A program made the position numbers and the translations under genes. Source: Chitinophagales bacterium (GTDB lineage: Bacteria > Bacteroidota > Bacteroidia > Chitinophagales > JADIYW01). Taken from it: DNA of 64,000 nt. The notes beneath the pieces were generated by a model, which had not been told where the DNA came from, did not search any database, and worked only from the letters and a program-made list of their open reading frames with translations. The number at the start of each line of letters is the position of its first letter. The stretch's first letter is position 1. Below are positions 33,621 through 42,618 of this stretch, piece after piece. The DNA lies in NCBI GenBank assembly GCA_035515235.1, contig DATJBS010000012.1:25336-89335 (forward strand), read 5' to 3'.

Positions 33621-36294
33621 CTAATTGATCGTTGAAATTATTTTGGAGAATGTATTTCATGAAACTTGCTTTTTGAGATGCTGTTTCATATTTCAAAGCA
33701 TCTTTTTGACCTACTGAGTTTTTAGTAAAAGTCAACTCTTCTTCTGTAATTCCATCTTTCAAATAGGTGTTCAAGTCATTCATGATTTCAATCACTGAAC
33801 TATCTGTTGCAGATGCTTTTACACTCGTGCTGACATAAAATTTATCTACATAATCACTTCCTTCAAAACCAGATCTTGCTCCATAAGTCCAACCTTTGCG
33901 CTCTCTTAAGTTCAAATTGATTCGGCTATTAAACATTCCTCCTAAAGGATAATTTGCAATACCAGCCTTGTAATAATCTCCCAAGCCATTATATCTCAAA
34001 CCTCTTCCAACCACTTTAATTTGAGATTGAGGTGATTTGTCTTTATGAGCAAATACTATAGTAGTTTCATTTGGAGTTGTCACCGTTTTGAAAGGCAGTA
34101 TCTTTTGATTCTTTCTTGGTGCTCTTTTCAGATAGGATAATTTATCCACTACATTCTCTTCAGTGATATTTCCAACTATGATAATTTCTGCATGATCCGG
34201 AGCGAGCTGATTGGTATAAAACGCTTTCACATCATCTAAAGTGATAATAGACACTGTTTGTTCTGTGCCTGATTCTGGCAAAGAGAAAATATGATCAGAA
34301 GGATATAAAAGATGTGCTTCTACGATTCCTGCTATACTTGCCGCATTCGTTTTTGCAAATTGAATAGATTGCAATTGTTGTTTTTGAACACGATCAAAAT
34401 CTGAAGAATCAAATCTTGGAGTTAATAACATCGCATTTAAAAGCTCTATAGAACGATCTAAATGTTCGTTTAAAGCAGTTACACTAATCACCATATCTGT
34501 CTCATCTGTGTAAACATTGATGCTAGAGCCTATCTTTTTTAACTCACTCTGAAACTGTTCAGAATCATATTGCACAGTGCCTTCTTTAAGCATTTGAGCT
34601 AATATATTAGATACACCAGATTTTTCTAAAGGTTCTAATAATTGTCCTGCTTTATAAACTAAAGTAATATTTGTAATAGGTAATTCTGTATATGCAGTAC
34701 CAATAACTTTTGTTCCGTTGGTCCAAGTTTGGTTCCAAAATTTAGGAACTTCTACGATAGGGTTTTCTCCTGCAGATGGTTGTTTTGAGCGATCAAATGC
34801 ATCTTGACCTTTTACATAAGTAAGGTTTTCATACTCAGATAAATCTGATTGATATCCATCAGGAAATTCAGGTCTTTTATAATTATCTGTAGCAGCAATA
34901 TTTTGAGGATGATCTTTTGAATAAACACTCAAAATAACAGAGTTTTGACCTTTGATATATTTACTATAAACTTCTCTTACATCTTCGATAGTCAGTTCTT
35001 TCATGTGTTTGATGAGTGACTGCAAGTAGGAAGGATTGCCAGTAAATGTTTCATAAAAAGCCAATAAGGAGCCTTTTCTTTGTACCGATTGAAGGCTATA
35101 CATCAAACTAGCATATTCTGAAGTAATGTATTCATTAAATACACTGGTGTCTATTGGGAGCACATCAAAACTATCGATTATACTTCTCATTTCTTGTTCA
35201 ATTTCTGTTAAAGATTTCCCCGGAAATGCAAATACAGATAAATTGAACTGCCCTGCTAATTCAGATGAAGGGTTAGAAACACTTGCCTGCATAGCTTTTT
35301 GTGTTTTAACAAATTTCTGATAGAAGGGTGATTTCTTATTGTTATTTCCACCTAATAAATAAGCTAATGCATCCAATGCCACTTCATCTTTGGTATTAGA
35401 AGGCGCTCCCGGAAAAGTCATAGATACATAAGGAAATTGGATATTGTCTTCGTACGAAATATATCTATCATTAGGTAACGTTACCGGCATTTTAGGCATA
35501 TTGTCTACAGATGGACCTGCAGGAATATTAGCGAAATATTTTGCCACTAATTGTAAAACTTCTTTTTCTTCAAATTTCCCTGCAATAGTTAATGTTGCAT
35601 TATTTGGACCATACCATCTTAAGAAGAAATTTTTTAATTCTTCTAATTCAAATTGATCGATATCATCCAAGTAACCAATAGTTGTCCATGAATAAGGATG
35701 ACCAAAAGGATATAAGGCCTCTCCTATTTTTTCGAATACTAAACCATATGGTCTATTGTCATAATTTTGCTGTCTTTCGTTTTTGACTGTAGATCTTTGA
35801 ATTTCAAATTTCTTAGTAGTGACTGCATCTAAAAGATATCCCATCCTATCTGACTCTAACCATAAAGCAGTTTCCAATTGATTAGATGGAAGTGTTTCGA
35901 AATAGTTGGTTCTATCTCTATTCGTAGTACCATTTAATGTACCTCCGGCTTCAGTAACGATAGCGAAATGTTTTTCATCACCGACATTATCAGAACCTTG
36001 AAACATCATATGTTCGAAAAAGTGAGCAAAACCAGAACGACTTGGTGTTTCTCTCGCCGAGCCCACATGATAAGTTACATCTACATATACAATAGGATCT
36101 GAATTATCTTCATGTAGTATCAATGTCAATCCATTAGGATAGTGATACTTTTTGTAAGGAATTACAGAAGAATTCGGAACAGGTTTAACCTCTTCAACTA
36201 ATTTAGGTTGAGGTAAATTTTGAGCCATAATAGTTTGATTAATAGTAAGTGATGCCAATACTAACCAACAGAGTGTATATTTTTTCAGCTTCAT
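33436..36294 (-). CDS. Secreted M16-family (pitrilysin-like) zinc peptidase, double-domain
   Basis: Inverted zincin motif HFFEHMMFQG. Signal peptide MKLKKYTLCWLVLASLTINQTIMA. ATG at 36294 preferred over the track start at 36339. Confidence 0.9.
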   Translation of the reverse strand: MKLKKYTLCWLVLASLTINQTIMAQNLPQPKLVEEVKPVPNSSVIPYKKYHYPNGLTLILHEDNSDPIVYVDVTYHVGSARETPSRSGFAHFFEHMMFQGSDNVGDEKHFAIVTEAGGTLNGTTNRDRTNYFETLPSNQLETALWLESDRMGYLLDAVTTKKFEIQRSTVKNERQQNYDNRPYGLVFEKIGEALYPFGHPYSWTTIGYLDDIDQFELEELKNFFLRWYGPNNATLTIAGKFEEKEVLQLVAKYFANIPAGPSVDNMPKMPVTLPNDRYISYEDNIQFPYVSMTFPGAPSNTKDEVALDALAYLLGGNNNKKSPFYQKFVKTQKAMQASVSNPSSELAGQFNLSVFAFPGKSLTEIEQEMRSIIDSFDVLPIDTSVFNEYITSEYASLMYSLQSVQRKGSLLAFYETFTGNPSYLQSLIKHMKELTIEDVREVYSKYIKGQNSVILSVYSKDHPQNIAATDNYKRPEFPDGYQSDLSEYENLTYVKGQDAFDRSKQPSAGENPIVEVPKFWNQTWTNGTKVIGTAYTELPITNITLVYKAGQLLEPLEKSGVSNILAQMLKEGTVQYDSEQFQSELKKIGSSINVYTDETDMVISVTALNEHLDRSIELLNAMLLTPRFDSSDFDRVQKQQLQSIQFAKTNAASIAGIVEAHLLYPSDHIFSLPESGTEQTVSIITLDDVKAFYTNQLAPDHAEIIIVGNITEENVVDKLSYLKRAPRKNQKILPFKTVTTPNETTIVFAHKDKSPQSQIKVVGRGLRYNGLGDYYKAGIANYPLGGMFNSRINLNLRERKGWTYGARSGFEGSDYVDKFYVSTSVKASATDSSVIEIMNDLNTYLKDGITEEELTFTKNSVGQKDALKYETASQKASFMKYILQNNFNDQLVNQQLSILNKLTKSDVDQITKTYIHPSQMYIIVVGDKATVHEPLKKLGYPVIEMDIDNLEK

Positions 36295-36419
36295 TCTATA
36301 TATTTTAAGAAAATTAAAACTAATTAATAATACCTCCATTATTTGTTAAAAAGCTAAAAAATGAAAAAAAACTGCTTCTCTATATAGATTTGGTCTAAAT
36401 AAGAATTATATTTGACATT

Positions 36420-36566
36420 ATGTTTAGACCTTCACCATTAAAACCAATGGAATGTGCTGAGTTACAGCCATTGAAGTCTGCATTTTCAGGTTGTTGTAGT
36501 AAAAAGAAATGTTGTAAAAAATACAAAAAATCAAAACGTTGTAAAAGTTGCCCAGGCGAAAAATAA
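36420..36566 (+). CDS. Candidate 48-aa Cys/Lys-rich small protein
   Basis: Not in the track (<60 aa). Hand translation: MFRPSPLKPMECAELQPLKSAFSGCCSKKKCCKKYKKSKRCKSCPGEK, with 7 Cys including two CC pairs and CxxC. A TAnnTTTG box (tatatttg, 36407..36414) lies immediately upstream. Confidence 0.4.
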   Translation: MFRPSPLKPMECAELQPLKSAFSGCCSKKKCCKKYKKSKRCKSCPGEK

Positions 36567-36745
36567 AACGTGATGTACAATATTCTTTTTTAGTATCTAT
36601 CTGAGAAGTAGATGAATAACTATTTGAATAATTTTGTCCTAATTAATTTTGGGATGAATATAGTTTTTTAAAGCTTTTACATATTCTTCAAAAGCTTTTT
36701 TACCTGCAAAGTAATTTTACAAGTCGTCTTACAAACCCAATAAGC

Positions 36746-36776
36746 AAAAAAAAACTGCGACCAAAGCCGCAGTTTT
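36746..36776 (-). terminator. Rho-independent (bidirectional-looking) terminator downstream of queA
   Basis: aaaaaaaaactgcg-accaaagc-cgcagtttt: a 7-bp stem flanked by an A9 run and a T run. On the minus strand the hairpin is followed by T9. Confidence 0.7.
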
Positions 36777-36784
36777 ACTGTTTG

Positions 36785-37831
36785 TTATATAATTAGCATA
36801 GCATCACCATAAGAGTAGAAATTATATCCTTCTTTTATAGCTATTTGGTACGCTTCCATTGTCAAATCATAACCTGCAAATGCAGCGACCATGATTACTA
36901 AGCTTGACTTAGGTAAATGGAAATTTGTAATCATTGTATTTGCAATAGAGAATTCATGCGGAGGGTGAATAAAAGTATTGGTCCAACCTTCCATAGATTT
37001 TAATAATCTTTCAGCAGATACAGCAGTTTCTACAGATCTCATTACAGTAGTACCCACAGCACAGATTCTCTTATTAGCAGTAAGTCCTTTATTGACAATT
37101 TTAGCTGCTGGCTCAGTAATTTTGAAATATTCAGCATCCATTTTATGCTTAGACAAGTCTTCTACATCAATAGAACGGAAAGTTCCTAATCCAATATGTA
37201 AAGTAGTTTCTGCAAATTCCACTCCTTTGAGTTCTAATCTTTTCATCAATTCTTTAGAAAAGTGTAACCCTGCAGTAGGAGCTGCTACAGCACCTTCTTC
37301 TTTAGCGTAGATGGTTTGATATCTTTCTTTATCTATAAACTCAGGCTCTCTTTTGATGTATTTAGGTAAAGGTGTTAAACCTAATTTATCTAAAATAGCT
37401 CTAAACTCATCTTGTGTACCATCAAATAAGAAACGGATAGTTCTACCTCTAGAAGTGGTATTATCTACTACTTCAGCAATCAAATCGTCATCACCGAAAT
37501 AGAGTTTATTGCCTACACGAATTTTACGAGCAGGATCTACCAATACATCCCAAAGTTTGAGTTCATGGTTCAATTCTCTCAACAAAAACACTTCTATTTT
37601 TGCTCCAGTTTTTTCTTTAGTACCATACAATCTTGCAGGAAATACTTTGGTGTTATTCACCATAATTACGTCTCCTTCGTCAAAATAGCCTAAAACGTCT
37701 TTGAAAACTTTGTGTTCAATGGTGCCTGTAGCTCTATTGACCACCATTAATCTAGACTCATCTCTACTATCTGCTGGATAAAGTGCAATACGCTCACTAG
37801 GGAGCTCAAAATCAAATTGGGATAATTTCAT
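36785..37831 (-). CDS. queA: S-adenosylmethionine:tRNA ribosyltransferase-isomerase
   Basis: 348 aa. [11 protein letters not shown]...[13 protein letters not shown] and [10 protein letters not shown] blocks are typical of QueA. Confidence 0.93.
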   Translation of the reverse strand: MKLSQFDFELPSERIALYPADSRDESRLMVVNRATGTIEHKVFKDVLGYFDEGDVIMVNNTKVFPARLYGTKEKTGAKIEVFLLRELNHELKLWDVLVDPARKIRVGNKLYFGDDDLIAEVVDNTTSRGRTIRFLFDGTQDEFRAILDKLGLTPLPKYIKREPEFIDKERYQTIYAKEEGAVAAPTAGLHFSKELMKRLELKGVEFAETTLHIGLGTFRSIDVEDLSKHKMDAEYFKITEPAAKIVNKGLTANKRICAVGTTVMRSVETAVSAERLLKSMEGWTNTFIHPPHEFSIANTMITNFHLPKSSLVIMVAAFAGYDLTMEAYQIAIKEGYNFYSYGDAMLII

Positions 37832-37900
37832 AATCTTACGGGATTAAATCGCGTGGGCGCAAATATACTAAAAAACAGGTGATTTTAAAAGGTCGAAAGA

Positions 37901-38545
37901 TTAAAATTGAGTTATCTTTCCGAGCCTAATCCCTTGAACTGCATTAGTTAAGAGTATTAAATCTGCTGATAATATATCTTTTACTGATAACGATTGTTCT
38001 ATAATTTTAAACGCTGAATTTTGTATCAACCAAGTTCTAAAAACACCTTTTACGGGCATATCTGATATTGGAGGCGTAAATAAGACATTATTTTTCAAAA
38101 TGAATATATTATAGATGCTCGTTTCGATGACATGACCATTCTCATTGAGTATTAATGCGTCATTCAATTCATTTCCAAGAGCCCAATTCATAGCAGATTG
38201 ATAAAGAGCTCTTTCTGTAGTTTTAGCATTCCAAGGTGGAGCTATTTTTTTATTTACTTTGTTATAAATTCCAATTTCAAGACAGCTCTTTTGTGAATGT
38301 GCTAAAGGTATCTTTTCAATTTTTTCTAAAAAATTATCTTTTGGATCAATATGAATCAAATATCTGATTTTATACTTTTTAGAATCTTCAGGCAGATTAG
38401 AAAGAATCGTAAGTTTTGCTTGAGCGAGAATTAGATTAACTGAATGAATGTCATTTTGGTACAATCCCCATTTCAAACGATCTAAATGAAACTCTAAAAG
38501 TTCAACTTGACCATTTTCGCACAACATCGTTTCTATAAATTCCAT
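37901..38545 (-). CDS. Aminotransferase class IV-like protein (aminodeoxychorismate-lyase type)
   Basis: 214 aa. Weak by-eye resemblance to the class IV fold C-terminal region (ALILNENGHVIETSIYNIFI..., PISDMPVKGVFR, LLTNAVQGI). Confidence 0.55.
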   Translation of the reverse strand: MEFIETMLCENGQVELLEFHLDRLKWGLYQNDIHSVNLILAQAKLTILSNLPEDSKKYKIRYLIHIDPKDNFLEKIEKIPLAHSQKSCLEIGIYNKVNKKIAPPWNAKTTERALYQSAMNWALGNELNDALILNENGHVIETSIYNIFILKNNVLFTPPISDMPVKGVFRTWLIQNSAFKIIEQSLSVKDILSADLILLTNAVQGIRLGKITQF

Positions 38546-38631
38546 AAGTTAAAAATTAGAAGGATTTGCTTGAAAAAATCAAAGTAGCAAAATATAACGT
38601 AAATTAGAAAACAAGAAACATAATTTTTATC

Positions 38632-39222
38632 ATGAAAAAAATCCATCTCTTATTTTCCATTGCTTTCTTACTTCTTTTGTTTTCAATGATGAATGCTTGC
38701 AAGAGAGATGGAACAGATTGTGGTAATAATATGCCAAAATTTTATGCTACTGAAATGTATGGGATTACCCATGATGAATCTTTTGAAAAAATCACCGACA
38801 CCACTGTCATTCGATATGAAGATTTGAGAATTGAAATCAATTTTTCAGGAAAACATTATTCCTTATGGAGACCACGTTTTAATATCTTCCCAAGTGCATT
38901 TGCTTGTGACCCTGTCCCACCATATTCTGAAGAAATTATTACAGATATAATCATTACAGCTAATCAAGATTATGACTCCTTACATCTAGCTGGAGCCGAT
39001 TTAAAAGATCTCTTTTATGTCAAAAAATATTCTTTTGATTCAAAATTTACTTTAGAAGATTATCTGAAAACTGAACCCAAAGTAGAGAATTTACAATTTA
39101 GTCTAAAGTCTGCTCCAGATACTCAAATGAAAATTCAATTGACTATTACCTATTTTTATGATGGTAGATTAGTGAAAATATTGAAATACGACTCTTCTGC
39201 TTTTATTCTATCGCCTAATTGA
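38632..39222 (+). CDS. Hypothetical lipoprotein
   Basis: 196 aa. Signal peptide with lipobox (LLLLFSMMNAC). Confidence 0.6.
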   Translation: MKKIHLLFSIAFLLLLFSMMNACKRDGTDCGNNMPKFYATEMYGITHDESFEKITDTTVIRYEDLRIEINFSGKHYSLWRPRFNIFPSAFACDPVPPYSEEIITDIIITANQDYDSLHLAGADLKDLFYVKKYSFDSKFTLEDYLKTEPKVENLQFSLKSAPDTQMKIQLTITYFYDGRLVKILKYDSSAFILSPN

Positions 39223-39226
39223 TCAA

Positions 39227-40540
39227 TTATTTAACTAGAGTACCAAATAAATCAAATTCTGTAGCATCTACAATTTCAATTTGAGCAAAATCTCCTATTC
39301 TCAAATAGTTTCCTTTCGTAGGAATCAATACCTCATTATCCACTTCTGGAGAATCAAATTCTGTCCGTCCAATATAATTGCCGCTTTCTTTACGATCAAT
39401 TAAAACTTTAAAAGTTTGTCCAATTTTCTCTGAATTTTTCTCAAATGAGATTTCTTCTTGTATACTCATTAGAATTTGAGCTCTTTCTTGTTTGACTTCT
39501 TCTGAGATATCGTCTTCATATTGATGAGCAATAGTATTTTCCTCATGAGAATAAGTAAATACGCCTAATCTTTCAAACTGCATTTCACGTACGAAATCAC
39601 ATAAATCTTCGAAATCTTCGTCCGTCTCACCTGGAAATCCAACTAACATCGTTGTGCGAAGTGCAATATTTGGAACTTTAGTTCTGATTTGTTGAATCAA
39701 TTCTGTTTGTTCTGCTCTCGTCACTTGGCGACGCATTCTTTTCAAAACATTATCAGAAGCATGCTGAAAAGGAATATCTAAATAGTCACAAACTTTATCA
39801 CATTGTGCAATTGCATCTAATATTTCTAATGGAAATTTAGACGGATATGCATAATGTAATCTAATCCACTCGATACCTTCCACTTCATTCAAAGCAAAAA
39901 GCAATTCGTCTAAGGCTCTCTTTTTGTACAAATCTAATCCGTAATAGGTCAATTCTTGAGCGATTAGAATCAATTCTTTGACTCCGACTTTAGCTAAGTT
40001 TTTAGCTTCTTGAACAAGAGATTCTATGCTACGAGAGATATGCTCTCCACGCATCAAAGGAATTGCGCAAAACGAACATGTTCTATTACAACCTTCAGAG
40101 ATTTTTAAATATGCAAAATGTTGTGGTGTGCTGATGCTACGCTCTCCTATTAATTCATGCTGATAATCGACATTGAATCTTTCGAGCAACTGTGGCATTT
40201 CTAGAGTGCCGAAATAACCATCTACCGAAGGTATTTCAACTTCTAAATCATCTTTATAACGCTGAGAAAGACAACCTGTTACAAACAATTTATCGATTTC
40301 TCCTCTTTCTTTTTTGTCCGCAAAATGCAAAATCGTATTAATAGATTCTTCTTTAGCTTTATCAATAAAACCACAAGTATTAATGACGACGATATTTGCG
40401 TCGGTATTACCTTCACTATGTTCTGCTTGAATTTCGTTGTGCAGTAATTGACTGACCAATACTTCCGAATCCACTAAGTTTTTGGAACAACCTAAAGTAA
40501 TGACATCTACTTTGTCTTGACGCAATGATTTTGTTTTCAA
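39227..40540 (-). CDS. rimO: Ribosomal protein S12 methylthiotransferase RimO (radical SAM MTTase)
   Basis: 437 aa. UPF0004 N-domain (TLGCSKN), radical-SAM CNRTCSFC, C-terminal TRAM. Size and layout favour RimO over MiaB. Confidence 0.8.
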   Translation of the reverse strand: MKTKSLRQDKVDVITLGCSKNLVDSEVLVSQLLHNEIQAEHSEGNTDANIVVINTCGFIDKAKEESINTILHFADKKERGEIDKLFVTGCLSQRYKDDLEVEIPSVDGYFGTLEMPQLLERFNVDYQHELIGERSISTPQHFAYLKISEGCNRTCSFCAIPLMRGEHISRSIESLVQEAKNLAKVGVKELILIAQELTYYGLDLYKKRALDELLFALNEVEGIEWIRLHYAYPSKFPLEILDAIAQCDKVCDYLDIPFQHASDNVLKRMRRQVTRAEQTELIQQIRTKVPNIALRTTMLVGFPGETDEDFEDLCDFVREMQFERLGVFTYSHEENTIAHQYEDDISEEVKQERAQILMSIQEEISFEKNSEKIGQTFKVLIDRKESGNYIGRTEFDSPEVDNEVLIPTKGNYLRIGDFAQIEIVDATEFDLFGTLVK

Positions 40541-40558
40541 AAAATTGAAATTTCAGTC

Positions 40559-41539
40559 TTAGTTAAAAAGTGTTTCTACGAAAGCTCTTCTATTGAACAC
40601 TTGTAATTGATCCATTTGTTCACCCAAACCAATGTATTTGATGGGGATTTTAAATTCATCTGCAATACTTAATACGACACCACCTTTTGCAGTTCCGTCT
40701 AATTTAGTGATCGCAAGAGCAGTCACTTGAGTAGCAGCAGAGAAATGTTTGGCTTGCTCTAAAGCATTCTGTCCTGTGGTAGCATCTAATACTAGCAATA
40801 CTTCGTGAGGAGCATCAGGTATTACTTTGGACATAACTCTTTTTATTTTAGTCAATTCGTCCATCAAGCCTACTTTATTATGTAATCTTCCTGCAGTATC
40901 TATAATGACAATATCTGCTTGATTATTCACAGCAGATTGCACAGCATCAAAAGCAACAGCAGCAGGATCACTTCCCATAGCATGTTTGACTATAGGCACT
41001 CCTGCTCTTTCAGACCAAATCACTAATTGATCTACGGCAGCAGCTCGAAAGGTATCAGCTGCACCTAAAATCACATTATACCCTTGTTTTTTATACTGAT
41101 GAGAAAGCTTACCGATTGTTGTAGTTTTCCCTACGCCATTGACCCCTACGACCATAATGACATACGGCTTTTTATCTACTGGTAATACATAATCTTCAAT
41201 ATCATGAGTATTGTTCTCTTCTAAAAGCTTAGAAATCTCATTGAAAAGAATATTATTCAAGTCTGTCGCGTTGATATATTTATCTTTTGCAACACGCTCT
41301 TCTAGTCTGTCAATGATTTTAATAGTAGTATTTAAGCTCACATCAGATGAAATCAGAATTTCTTCTAATTCATCTAAGAACTCAATATCTACAGTAGTTT
41401 TACCAGCTACAGCTTTAGAAATTCTAGAAAAAAATCCTTGCTTAGTCTTTTCGAGACCTTGCTGAAGTTGCTGAACTTCTTCTTTAGCTTCTTCTTCGGA
41501 TTTGTTTTTGGAACCGAACCATTTTTTTAAAATACTCAT
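40559..41539 (-). CDS. ftsY: Signal recognition particle receptor FtsY
   Basis: SRP GTPase blocks GVNGVGKTTTIGKL, DTAGR, TKLDGTAKGG. ATG at 41539 (MSILKKWFG) preferred over the TTG at 41599. Confidence 0.92.
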   Translation of the reverse strand: MSILKKWFGSKNKSEEEAKEEVQQLQQGLEKTKQGFFSRISKAVAGKTTVDIEFLDELEEILISSDVSLNTTIKIIDRLEERVAKDKYINATDLNNILFNEISKLLEENNTHDIEDYVLPVDKKPYVIMVVGVNGVGKTTTIGKLSHQYKKQGYNVILGAADTFRAAAVDQLVIWSERAGVPIVKHAMGSDPAAVAFDAVQSAVNNQADIVIIDTAGRLHNKVGLMDELTKIKRVMSKVIPDAPHEVLLVLDATTGQNALEQAKHFSAATQVTALAITKLDGTAKGGVVLSIADEFKIPIKYIGLGEQMDQLQVFNRRAFVETLFN

Positions 41540-41616
41540 AGGTGGATTTATAAATGCAAACAGCTTCTCTAAAATACTCAGAGAAGCTATATTATGCAAT
41601 TAAATACAAGAATTAA

Positions 41617-41784
41617 TTACGCTTTCTTAAGCTCTTCTTGTAATGTATCTTTATGAACAAATTTTTCACGGAAAGAATAAGCTCCTGATTTATCAGACTT
41701 GATAGCTTTAATTACTTTCACCATTGTTTTAGAATCTACAGCTTTACCCCTGTCAATTCTCGAGTTTTTGGAAACTTTAGCCAT
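41617..41784 (-). CDS. DUF4295 family small protein (55 aa)
   Basis: Not in the track (<60 aa). Hand translation: MAKVSKNSRIDRGKAVDSKTMVKVIKAIKSDKSGAYSFREKFVHKDTLQEELKKA. It occupies the conserved slot between rpmG and ftsY in Bacteroidota. Confidence 0.75.
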   Translation of the reverse strand: MAKVSKNSRIDRGKAVDSKTMVKVIKAIKSDKSGAYSFREKFVHKDTLQEELKKA

Positions 41785-41786
41785 GA

Positions 41787-41972
41787 TTATTTAATTTCTT
41801 TGTGAACTGTATATTTTTTCAAAATAGAGTTGAATTTTTTCAATTCAATTCTTTCAGGTGTGTTTTTACGATTTTTAGTCGTAATGTATCTTGAAGTACC
41901 TGGTAAAGCAGTTGCTTTATGCTCAGTACATTCTAAAATCACTTGGATTCTATTACCTTTTTTCTTTGCCAT
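41787..41972 (-). CDS. rpmG: 50S ribosomal protein L33
   Basis: 61 aa: [19 protein letters not shown]...[19 protein letters not shown]. Confidence 0.95.
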   Translation of the reverse strand: MAKKKGNRIQVILECTEHKATALPGTSRYITTKNRKNTPERIELKKFNSILKKYTVHKEIK

Positions 41973-41983
41973 GATCGTTTAGT

Positions 41984-42229
41984 TTAGAAGTTTAAAACAA
42001 TTTCACCCTTCTTTTCCAATTCTTTCATGTAAGCATAAATACCTTTTCTGTTGATATTACGCAATGCATGAGTAGACAATTTCAATTCGATCCAACGATC
42101 TAATTCAGGGATATAAAAGCTTTTCTTTTGCAAATTCGGGTTGAATTTACGCTTAGTCTTTCTGTTAGAGTGAGAGACGTAATGTCCTGATAATGGTCCT
42201 TTTCCGGTTAATTCGCAAAACCTTGCCAT
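41984..42229 (-). CDS. rpmB: 50S ribosomal protein L28
   Basis: 81 aa: [34 protein letters not shown]. Confidence 0.95.
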   Translation of the reverse strand: MARFCELTGKGPLSGHYVSHSNRKTKRKFNPNLQKKSFYIPELDRWIELKLSTHALRNINRKGIYAYMKELEKKGEIVLNF

Positions 42230-42254
42230 ATTCTTTAGTTTCTTTTAAAGTCTG

Positions 42255-42262
42255 CAAAGATA
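42255..42262 (-). promoter_or_regulatory. Candidate -7 box TATCTTTG for rpmB-rpmG
   Basis: The reverse complement of caaagata matches TAnnTTTG, 26 nt upstream of the rpmB ATG. Confidence 0.45.
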
Positions 42263-42322
42263 ATCAATATCTTCGCATGTTATTTTTATAGTTTTCAACA
42301 TGTGAGAAAAGATTCCCACTTT

Positions 42323-42399
42323 TGGTGACCCCGAAGAGATTCGAACTCCTAATCTTCTGATCCGTAGTCAGATGCCATATCCAATTAGGCCACGGGGCC
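42323..42399 (-). tRNA. tRNA-Arg (anticodon ACG), CCA encoded
   Basis: The 77-nt reverse complement ggccccgtggcctaattggatatggcatctgactacggatcagaagattaggagttcgaatctcttcggggtcacca folds as a cloverleaf. Anticodon stem tctga/tcaga, loop ctACGga, T-loop ttcgaat. Confidence 0.9.
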
Positions 42400-42436
42400 G
42401 AATAAACAATAGTTTAGTCCATTATTTATCGAGGTG

Positions 42437-42444
42437 CAAAGATA
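42437..42444 (-). promoter_or_regulatory. Candidate -7 box TATCTTTG for tRNA-Arg
   Basis: The reverse complement of caaagata matches TAnnTTTG, 38 nt upstream of the tRNA 5' end. Confidence 0.4.
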
Positions 42445-42618
42445 TAGATATTTCTTTTACTTTTCAATACTTTCCCAATCTTTTTATTAAAATTTGATTG
42501 TGATATTTACGTTAATCAAAAATCAATATCGATTTCGAATAATCCTGTTCATTTTTTACAAACAAATATACATTTGATTAAGCTCGCTTTATTACTGAAG
42601 CACCTATAAACCAGCTCA

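Noticed and set aside
36395-36580. 61-aa minus-strand ORF.
   Set aside because: It has a TTG start and a junk-like sequence, and it is antisense to a more structured Cys/Lys-rich plus-strand ORF that has a promoter-like box. Neither is proven, but the minus-strand one is the weaker candidate.
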